From: Thermoplasmata archaeon
Lineage (GTDB): Archaea > Thermoplasmatota > Thermoplasmata > GCA-020350865
Direction: 5' to 3'
NCBI GenBank assembly: GCA_020348445.1
Contig: CP070751.1
Span: forward strand, 3,546,165-3,591,649
DNA length: 45,485 bases
Position numbers and translations under genes: made by a program. Of this stretch, positions 25,363 through 32,842 are shown piece by piece (within the stretch, counting starts at the first letter, position 1; every line of letters begins with the position of its first letter). The notes beneath the pieces are model-generated. The model saw nothing but the letters and a program-made list of their open reading frames with translations, ran no database searches and was not told where the DNA came from.

Positions 25363-25732
25363 AACAACACCATAAAACAAATAAAAACATTTATGTACAT
25401 GTATTAACATTCCCCCTACCTGGGTTAACGTATTGGGATGGGAAACCCAACCAGGAGAAAAAATGCAACATAAACTGCCTGGACTTTGTTTTCCTAACAA
25501 TAACCTGACCTGAATAAGCTGTCAAACCAAAGGTTTATTGTTATACAATATTCCGAGGTATGACCTTAAGAATGAGCGCTGTGCCGAAGAAATAAGACAC
25601 AATTGATGTACGAATATATTTCTAGGCAAGTCGCTCTTCGAAGAAGAGCGCCGTGGTGGGGCGCGATGATAGGAAGGAAGATCAAATTCTTCTTTTCGTA
25701 AAATACCAACAAGGCATAGGATGGGAAATTAA

Positions 25733-27154
25733 ATGAAAAAAAGAAGTAGAATGCTATGGCTATCTGCAATAGCTATAGTAATAAGTTTAGTGATTTCAGG
25801 CATGCCAGCAACCTCTTCGGTAGAAGGCCCTGTTTCAGGCGCGTTATTTACCACAGATAAGGACGGCCTTCTAGTGAACGGCAACATCTATTCATCCAAA
25901 AGCGATGTGTATATAAGTGGAGGACCAGGACCAAATGCACCACCAGGTGCAGCGGGGCTTCCTGATGGGGAATACTATTTTCAAGTGACTGATCCCAGCG
26001 GGAAGAGACTGCTTAGCACCGACGACATATCAGAGCGGCATTTCAGGGTGCACGGCGGGATAATTGTCGAGTATCTTGGAAGTGTATTATTGAAGAAAAA
26101 CGGTGATCCGGCAAAGAATCAAAGGTTTGAGATCGTGGAGGAGATCGAAAATGAGTACGGTGAAAATGCCATAGTAATCAGGCTAATGCCGTACAAGAAC
26201 ACACCCAATAAAGGTGGAGTGTACAAGGCATGGGCGACTCCTGTAAACAGGTACGATCCCGAAGATCGGCACTCGTTCTATGGATTTATCCCGCAGTGGT
26301 CCAAGACAGACAACTACAAAATTAAATTGAAGGGTGGTGGAAAACCTGAGCCTCCAATACAATCGTTCTTAGAACTACACAAGTTCTACGATACCAATTA
26401 TAACGGGATCATCGATCCCTGTGAACCTGAGCTTACAGGGTGGATGTTCGCGGTAACTGATCCTCTGGGTGTGACAAACTTCTATTACTCACCTAGGGTA
26501 CTGGATATAACAGCTAATGAAGGAACATATACCATTACCGAGATATTTCCGCAGGGAACTTGGATTCAGACTGCTGTTGTTGTGAATGGTGTATATCAGA
26601 TGCCTGTAACTCCAACTGTTACTGTAACTATCCATGACAATGAAAGACACATTGTAAAGTACCTGAATTTTGCTTTAGGGTGGTACGGCGGCGGCCATAC
26701 ACCTGGATACTGGCATAATAAGAACGGCCAGGCAGAAATTGGACAGGACGATCTCGATTATGTGGAAGGTTTAAATCCGTTCGCAGGACCAAAACCTGAC
26801 TTCTATCCAACAGGAGTGGATGTACCATTCCAGACAAAGGAAGACATTGCGCTCTTTTTAGTTGGTAATATAGCCTCTGAAATGGCAAACAACATGCGCT
26901 ACAAGCTGGCAAAGTTCTTTTTGGCAATGGAGCTTAATGTCTACAATGGCTATGTGGATCCAGAATCAGTTATATATCTTGGACCTGGTGATTTCCAGAC
27001 AGTAGGTGATGTCTTGGATTATATCAATGCCGAGTATCCATGGGACGGTCCAGGTTGGAATGAGGCAAAACAAGCTTATTACAAGAATGCCTTGGATGCC
27101 GCCTGCAACAACGAGAACTTCCCGCACCCGACACCACCGCCGATAGTGTACTAA
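25733..27154 (+). CDS. Secreted protein with an SdrD-B/SpaA-like domain and a T.GYW.N motif domain
   Basis: Signal peptide; GALFTT...VNGNIY..K.DVY..GGP...GLPDGEYYFQVTDPSGK.LLSTD block; KFYDTNYNG..D..EP.L.GW Ca-binding start of an SdrD-B-like domain; GHTPGYWHNKNG. Confidence 0.7.
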   Translation: MKKRSRMLWLSAIAIVISLVISGMPATSSVEGPVSGALFTTDKDGLLVNGNIYSSKSDVYISGGPGPNAPPGAAGLPDGEYYFQVTDPSGKRLLSTDDISERHFRVHGGIIVEYLGSVLLKKNGDPAKNQRFEIVEEIENEYGENAIVIRLMPYKNTPNKGGVYKAWATPVNRYDPEDRHSFYGFIPQWSKTDNYKIKLKGGGKPEPPIQSFLELHKFYDTNYNGIIDPCEPELTGWMFAVTDPLGVTNFYYSPRVLDITANEGTYTITEIFPQGTWIQTAVVVNGVYQMPVTPTVTVTIHDNERHIVKYLNFALGWYGGGHTPGYWHNKNGQAEIGQDDLDYVEGLNPFAGPKPDFYPTGVDVPFQTKEDIALFLVGNIASEMANNMRYKLAKFFLAMELNVYNGYVDPESVIYLGPGDFQTVGDVLDYINAEYPWDGPGWNEAKQAYYKNALDAACNNENFPHPTPPPIVY

Positions 27155-27180
27155 AATGAATAAATAAAAATTAGCAATAA

Positions 27181-27215
27181 AATCCCCGTAATGGGGATTC
27201 TTTTATTATTTTTTT
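27181..27215. terminator. Probable bidirectional terminator between convergent genes
   Basis: AATCCCC-GTAAT-GGGGATT 7-bp stem followed by CTTTTATTATTTTTTT; the A-rich run on the other side gives a T-tract on the minus strand. Confidence 0.6.
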
Positions 27216-27217
27216 AT

Positions 27218-28333
27218 TCAATCTTGCACACACATTGCTACAATTTCACTAAGATCAAAGATCTTCAACGGTATCTTTTTCTTGGTGGCTGTGAACTTGA
27301 AGTTCATGTAGCACATTGGGCAGGATGTGACAAGAGCATCAACACCAAGAGGTAAGACTTCCCTTGACAGCTTCCTTTCCGCAATTTCCATGGGCATCTT
27401 CTGGTTCAAGGAAGGTAATCCCCCTCCTCCACCACAACAGCTTGAAAATTCTCTGTTTCTGTCCATCTCAATGAGTTCAAGCCCCCCGATTTTTTCTAAG
27501 ATTTTCCGGGGTTCATCGTATATCCCCGCATGCCTTCCCAATGTACAAGGATCATGGTATGTGACCTTCATAGGCTTCTCGAGTTTGAGGTTATTTAGAT
27601 TCTTTTCAAGGAATTGGGAGGAATGCAGAACCTCAGCTCCCGATAACTCCACTCCCAACATTTCAGGATACAATTTAGTGAACGCGTTGTAGCAACCTGA
27701 ACAAGGCACTATAACTTGCTCAACTCCAGCACCCTTTATTGCTTCAGCAACATTTTTAGCAATATCTTTTGCTTCATCCAGTAAACCAAGACAGATTAGA
27801 GGTTCACCACAACAGGGTTCGTCTTTTAGAATCTTGAATTTTTGCCCCCTATTATTCATCACCTTTGCAGTCGAACTAATGATGTTAGGGGCTTTAATAG
27901 AAGGGGTGCAACCGAGCCAAAATAATGTTTTTGGATCTTTTGAGGATTCTAAAGGAGGTGTGATACGGGAGGTTTTCTCTCTTCCTTTTAAAACATAAGG
28001 GCTCTTATTTTCATTGACTATATCAAGAAGCTCCCTTACCTCCTTTGGTGCAGCATTTTTCTCCAATGCCAATTCCCTTAGAGCCCAAACAAGTTTTGGA
28101 ATCTCAAGACCTTCTGTGCATAACTCTTTGCATCTGAAACATAAGGTGCACAACCAGGGATCTTTTTTCAAGAACTCTGGATCCTCATGTAGTTCAAGTT
28201 GAAGATGGCGAACAAGCTTTCTTATGTTGAAATCTGAGACCTCCTTGGTAGGGCAGCTTGCTGTGCATGTCCCGCATTGGGCGCACACCCTTATCAGTTC
28301 CTTGTACTGCTCAGTAATTTCTTCATTACTCAA
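27218..28333 (-). CDS. HdrD/GlpC-like Fe-S oxidoreductase (2x[4Fe-4S] domain plus two CCG domains)
   Basis: CAQCGTCTASCP and CTLCFRCKELC; CCG motifs EPCCGEP...PCSGC and YHDPC...CCGGGGG...TSCPMC. Start set at TTG 28333, overlapping the upstream TGA (TTGA). Confidence 0.85.
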   Translation of the reverse strand: MSNEEITEQYKELIRVCAQCGTCTASCPTKEVSDFNIRKLVRHLQLELHEDPEFLKKDPWLCTLCFRCKELCTEGLEIPKLVWALRELALEKNAAPKEVRELLDIVNENKSPYVLKGREKTSRITPPLESSKDPKTLFWLGCTPSIKAPNIISSTAKVMNNRGQKFKILKDEPCCGEPLICLGLLDEAKDIAKNVAEAIKGAGVEQVIVPCSGCYNAFTKLYPEMLGVELSGAEVLHSSQFLEKNLNNLKLEKPMKVTYHDPCTLGRHAGIYDEPRKILEKIGGLELIEMDRNREFSSCCGGGGGLPSLNQKMPMEIAERKLSREVLPLGVDALVTSCPMCYMNFKFTATKKKIPLKIFDLSEIVAMCVQD

Positions 28334-30375
28334 ACGTTCAACTCCGAAACCATATTCTTTACACAAGATGTGAACTTGGGGCCATCTGCGGCAGAAAGCC
28401 ATACAGTCCAAACCTTATCAGCATCCATTCCCTTCTTGGCCAACTTCTTCTTCAATTTCTCGATTCTGTCCTTACACTTGTAGTTCCCAGTTATGTAATG
28501 ACAAGTCGGGAATTCGCAACCCGCAACCAGAACTCCACCTGCTCCCAATTCCAATGCTTTCTCTACAAAAGTCTTGTCCACCCTTCCTGCACACATAACA
28601 CGAATGATCCTGATATTTGTAGGATACTCGGATCTTCCAACTCCTGCCATGTCAACTGCACCCATGGCGCACCAGTGACAGCAGAATGCAACGATCTTGT
28701 TCTCAGGCTCTTCTTCCAAGGCAGCTTCAACTTGGGACAATATCTGCTCGTTCGTGAAGTGAATTATATCAATTGCATCCTTGGAACACTCAGCTGCACA
28801 AGTTCCACATCCTTTACAAATAGCTTTTATGACCTCAGGTCTTTTCTCATCCAGTTCGATTGCCCCGAAAGCACAATTTTTAGCACAAAGACCGCACTCG
28901 TTGCAGTTCTCGTAATCGATATCGGCCACGATACCTTCGGCTTCAACATATCCCCTGTTCATGGGAATTGCTGCCCTCATTGCCGCTCCTTCTGCCTCCT
29001 CCATGCTCTCCCTTACATTTTTTGGAGAGCGGGCGCATCCTCCAAGATGCAATCCCGATGTCGCAAAGTCCAGTGGTGCAAGCTTGATGTGGGCCTCCTG
29101 GAAAAATCCATTAGAATTAGTAGATACCTTGAGCAATCCTTTTAGTTTATCAACTGTCTCATCACCTTGAAAAGCACATGTGAGAACTACAAGATCGGGA
29201 TTTATCCTGAGCTCCTTTCCTAGAAGAATGTCATGAACCTTTAAAACTAGCTTACCATCTTCTTCATTCACTTCTGGATTATGAAGATCGTTATATCGAA
29301 TAAGTTTGATATCAAATCTCTCTAAAACATCCTTTTGATAATTTACCTCATTCCCTCTTAGGTTGAGATCTTTGAAAAGAAGAAATATTTTAGCAGAGGG
29401 ATTAGCCGCCTTGATTGCCTTTGCATTCTTCATAGATATCAGGCAGCCTACGTTGCAACATCCCCGCTCCTCGTTTCTGGAATTTACACAGTTGATTATA
29501 GCTACCTCTTTTAAATCCGAAACCTCCTTTTGTTTCAGCAATCTTTCAAGTTGAAGCTGAGTTATTACTTTACTTGATTTTCCATAACTGTATTCACCTT
29601 TGGGAACGTGTTCTTTCATCCCAGTTGTTACGATAATGGTTGAGATATCACACTCCTTTTTTTCCCCTGATTTTGTAAGCTCCACCTTGTAGTTCCCCAC
29701 ATATCCTTTAACATCTTCAAGTTCGGTTTCTGTGAGAACCTCAATGTTATCATTTCCCTCGATCTTTTTCATTCTATCTTCGACAATCTCGCATGCTTTA
29801 ACATCGTAAGGTGCAATAGAATCTGCCTTATTCAATAGACCTCCAAGCTCCTTGTCTCTCTCCACAAGCTTGACATTGAAACCTGAATCTGCCAGGGCCA
29901 AGGCAGAGGTCATTCCTGAAATGCCTCCACCCACAACCAAGCAGTCCTTTCCAACTGAAAGGCGTGTTTCCTCTGCAGGCTCAAGCAGTCTCGCCTTTGC
30001 GACTCCCATTCGAACAAGGTCTTTTGCCTTCTCTGTAGCTGCAACTGGATCGGATTTATGCACCCAGGAGCTCTGCTCCCTTATACTTACGAATTCCAGA
30101 AGATATGGATTTAGGCCCCCTTCCTTCACAGTGGACTTGAATGTGGGCTCGTGGGTTCTTGGGGTACAGCAGGCAACTACAACGCGATTGAGATCGTGCT
30201 CTTTAATATACTCTTGAATCTTGGAAAGATAATCTACAGAGCATATCCATTTGCCCTCATCTGCGAAAACCACATCATCGAGGGTCCTTGCATACTCAAC
30301 AACAGAGGCAACATCCACCACGCCTGCAATATTGGATCCGCAGTCGCAGACAAAGACTCCCACCCTAATCTCCAT
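28330..30375 (-). CDS. hdrA: HdrA-like flavoprotein fused to C-terminal MvhD, lacking the inserted ferredoxin domain (QmoB-like architecture)
   Basis: N-terminal RVGVFVCDCG; VVGGGISG FAD motif; C-terminal 2x[4Fe-4S] (CNECGLC, CKGCGTC); then an MvhD unit AFCCHWC...RVMCAGRVD...GC...CHY..GN. Confidence 0.85.
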   Translation of the reverse strand: MEIRVGVFVCDCGSNIAGVVDVASVVEYARTLDDVVFADEGKWICSVDYLSKIQEYIKEHDLNRVVVACCTPRTHEPTFKSTVKEGGLNPYLLEFVSIREQSSWVHKSDPVAATEKAKDLVRMGVAKARLLEPAEETRLSVGKDCLVVGGGISGMTSALALADSGFNVKLVERDKELGGLLNKADSIAPYDVKACEIVEDRMKKIEGNDNIEVLTETELEDVKGYVGNYKVELTKSGEKKECDISTIIVTTGMKEHVPKGEYSYGKSSKVITQLQLERLLKQKEVSDLKEVAIINCVNSRNEERGCCNVGCLISMKNAKAIKAANPSAKIFLLFKDLNLRGNEVNYQKDVLERFDIKLIRYNDLHNPEVNEEDGKLVLKVHDILLGKELRINPDLVVLTCAFQGDETVDKLKGLLKVSTNSNGFFQEAHIKLAPLDFATSGLHLGGCARSPKNVRESMEEAEGAAMRAAIPMNRGYVEAEGIVADIDYENCNECGLCAKNCAFGAIELDEKRPEVIKAICKGCGTCAAECSKDAIDIIHFTNEQILSQVEAALEEEPENKIVAFCCHWCAMGAVDMAGVGRSEYPTNIRIIRVMCAGRVDKTFVEKALELGAGGVLVAGCEFPTCHYITGNYKCKDRIEKLKKKLAKKGMDADKVWTVWLSAADGPKFTSCVKNMVSELNV

Positions 30376-31756
30376 TTTCCCGCCTCCCTTTTGCTGCTTT
30401 CATACTGGCTGCAGTAGCCTGCACCACAGACTCTGAGATATCGATTGGACCTGTTGCCCCTCCGCAAAGATAAATGCCCTTTACATTCGTTTCCAAGGGA
30501 GCGTTCACAGGATCAGGCTCAGAAAAGAAACCATTTTCATCGAGTTGGATCTTTAACACCTTGGATAGTTTTTTATTTCTAGTGCTTGGGATCAAAGCAG
30601 TGGAGAGAACAAGAAGGTCAACTTCAAGCTCCTTTACATCCCCGGTTTCAAGATCCTCGTATCTTACGATCAAGTTCTTGGTCTTTGGATCTTCAAAGAC
30701 ATCTGAGGGTTTTCCGAGGATGTAATTTACTCCAAGCCCATTTGCCTTTGTATAAAACTCGTGAAATCCTTTACCGTAGGTTTTAAGATTGTTGTTGAAT
30801 ACAAAGGTTTCCACGTCCTCATGGTGCTCCTTTGTGATTATTGTCTGCTTGGTTGCTATCATGCAGCATACCTTGGAGCAGTAAGATATACCAATCCGTT
30901 TTTCGCGCCCAACGCATTGAATCCAAGCGATTTTCTTTGGATGAGAGCCGTCAGAAGGCCTTACTATATCACCCTCGGTTGGCCCCCCCGCATTCATCAA
31001 CCTTTCAAATTGTAGGTTCGTGATGACGTTTTCATATTTGCCATAACCATAGAGTCCCTCTGGTGGTTCGAATGCCTCAAGTCCTGAAGCCACCACTATA
31101 CTTCTTACATTGATATCAATAGGCTTTGCCTGCTGCCAAAGAAGTACAGCATCAGCCCCTTCATCCTTGCAGGCTTTGACGCATTTGGCAATTGGACATT
31201 CTCGGCATTGAATGCAGTCTATAATACATCCACCAATGCAGGCTCCATCTTCTCGCATCTTGCCGTACCGGCACAAATCATCAACAAGATAGGCATTGGG
31301 AACAGCCTGGGGAAATGGGATATAAATCAGCTTTCTCTGCCCAGAAATCTTGCCATCCAATTCATCAGGAACTGCAATAGGACAGACCTCTGCACATTTT
31401 CCACAGCCCTTGCATTTCTCTTCATCAATGAACCTGGGTTTTTTCTGAAGCCGAATATGAAAATCTCCAGCTGATCCCTTTACCCTTCTAACCTGGGTGT
31501 TGGCAAGAAGTTCTATATTTGGGTGTTTCTGCACTTCATACATCTTTGGGGCTTCGATACAGATTGAGCAATCATTTGTTGGAAATGTCTTGTCCAGTCT
31601 GGCCATAATGCCGCCTATTGAAGGGGTATCCTCCACAAGATAGACATGAAAACCAAAATCGGCCAGGTTTAGTGCAGCCTCGATACCTGCAATTCCCCCT
31701 CCGATTACGAGGACAGAATCAGATGATGTTGCTTCGTGCTCTGCCATTTGCTTCAC
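30365..31756 (-). CDS. hdrA: HdrA-like flavoprotein lacking the N-terminal and C-terminal domains, with inserted ferredoxin (QmoA-like architecture)
   Basis: Begins at VLVIGGGIAG; KTFPTNDCSICI; inserted ferredoxin with extra Cys (CIGGCIIDCIQCRECPIAKC); QC...YCSKVCC; ends after GP.DI.ESV.QA.AA. ATG 31747 is an alternative start. Confidence 0.85.
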   Translation of the reverse strand: MKQMAEHEATSSDSVLVIGGGIAGIEAALNLADFGFHVYLVEDTPSIGGIMARLDKTFPTNDCSICIEAPKMYEVQKHPNIELLANTQVRRVKGSAGDFHIRLQKKPRFIDEEKCKGCGKCAEVCPIAVPDELDGKISGQRKLIYIPFPQAVPNAYLVDDLCRYGKMREDGACIGGCIIDCIQCRECPIAKCVKACKDEGADAVLLWQQAKPIDINVRSIVVASGLEAFEPPEGLYGYGKYENVITNLQFERLMNAGGPTEGDIVRPSDGSHPKKIAWIQCVGREKRIGISYCSKVCCMIATKQTIITKEHHEDVETFVFNNNLKTYGKGFHEFYTKANGLGVNYILGKPSDVFEDPKTKNLIVRYEDLETGDVKELEVDLLVLSTALIPSTRNKKLSKVLKIQLDENGFFSEPDPVNAPLETNVKGIYLCGGATGPIDISESVVQATAASMKAAKGRRENGD

Positions 31757-31843
31757 TTTTTCCCTATTAATCGAGATTTGTGATTTGAAAACCGTAAAAT
31801 GGTTTCTATCTATATGAATATATATATATGTATCTTATTATAA

Positions 31844-32842
31844 TCAGGCCCTACCTTTTTGCTTTGATACCTTTTTCAATGCCTCTATTCCCTTTAAATT
31901 ACCGCCAAAACCCGAAATTGCCCTTACTTTCTCGGCTTGATGGAATTTTTTACATGTTGGACAAAGGCCGACAAAATCAGTGGATTGAGCTTTATCTGTA
32001 AGAATTTTCTCAATATCCGCTGCCATCATTAAAGGTAAAAAGGGCTTATTGCAACGTTCACATGCCAACATGCCAACCTCGGCCTTTTGGTCCACCTCGC
32101 CCTTTAAAAACCGTTTTAAATCAAATTCCTCTCTAATTTCCATGCAATCCTTTGGACAGATCTCTTGACATCTACCACATGCAGTGCATTTCCAGTAGGT
32201 GTTATTGATCAGTATGACATCATTTTCGATAGCAGTTGTCATGGCCTCATCCTTGCAAACATAACTGCAGGCTCCACATCCAATGCATTTGTTCTCATCC
32301 AATATGGCCTCTCCAAATCCTGGAAAGACAGCTTGAAATTTCACTCCTTCTTTCCCAAAAGCATCAGAAATAGATAACAACAAATCCCGCATAATCATCC
32401 TTTTGTGATTGGAATGTAATGACAGAGACTTTTGATTCTTAAGGGGGTTTGGGCCGAGTTTTTTTATGGTGTTCGTAAATTCACCTGCAAAATTAGCGAA
32501 CTCAATTCCCATGGCAGCAGATAAAAGATGAATACTCAACCTTTCCTCTTCCAAGCCAAGGGCCATTAATGCCTTTTTCAGGAATTCCACCCTCTTTTCT
32601 GCTTTAATATTTCCATCTACATAATGGCACTGCTCAGGAAGACACCCTCCCACAAATACTCCATCTGCACCGTTTTCAAAGGCTCTGAGAATATGGATTA
32701 TATCCACCTGTCCTGAGCATGGAACTCGAATAAGCCTGATGTTGGGGGGATAGCTTAACCTCGTTGTTCCAGCCAAGTCCGCTGCAGCGTACACGCATTC
32801 ATTGCATACGAATCCAACGATAACAGGCTCAAATTTTTTCAT
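31844..32842 (-). CDS. mvhD: MvhD-type [2Fe-2S] subunit fused to a 2x[4Fe-4S] ferredoxin and a C-terminal CxxC...CxxC module
   Basis: VGFVCNECVY.AAD.AG...YPPNIRLIRVPCSG.VD...GGC....CHY..GN; CIGCGACSYVC; CTACGRCQEIC; CERC...CPTC. Confidence 0.85.
   Translation of the reverse strand: MKKFEPVIVGFVCNECVYAAADLAGTTRLSYPPNIRLIRVPCSGQVDIIHILRAFENGADGVFVGGCLPEQCHYVDGNIKAEKRVEFLKKALMALGLEEERLSIHLLSAAMGIEFANFAGEFTNTIKKLGPNPLKNQKSLSLHSNHKRMIMRDLLLSISDAFGKEGVKFQAVFPGFGEAILDENKCIGCGACSYVCKDEAMTTAIENDVILINNTYWKCTACGRCQEICPKDCMEIREEFDLKRFLKGEVDQKAEVGMLACERCNKPFLPLMMAADIEKILTDKAQSTDFVGLCPTCKKFHQAEKVRAISGFGGNLKGIEALKKVSKQKGRA

Noticed and set aside
28334-28411. N-terminal extension of the HdrD-like ORF
   Set aside because: It would overlap the MvhD end of the upstream gene by 82 nt; a TTGA start/stop overlap at 28333 is more typical.
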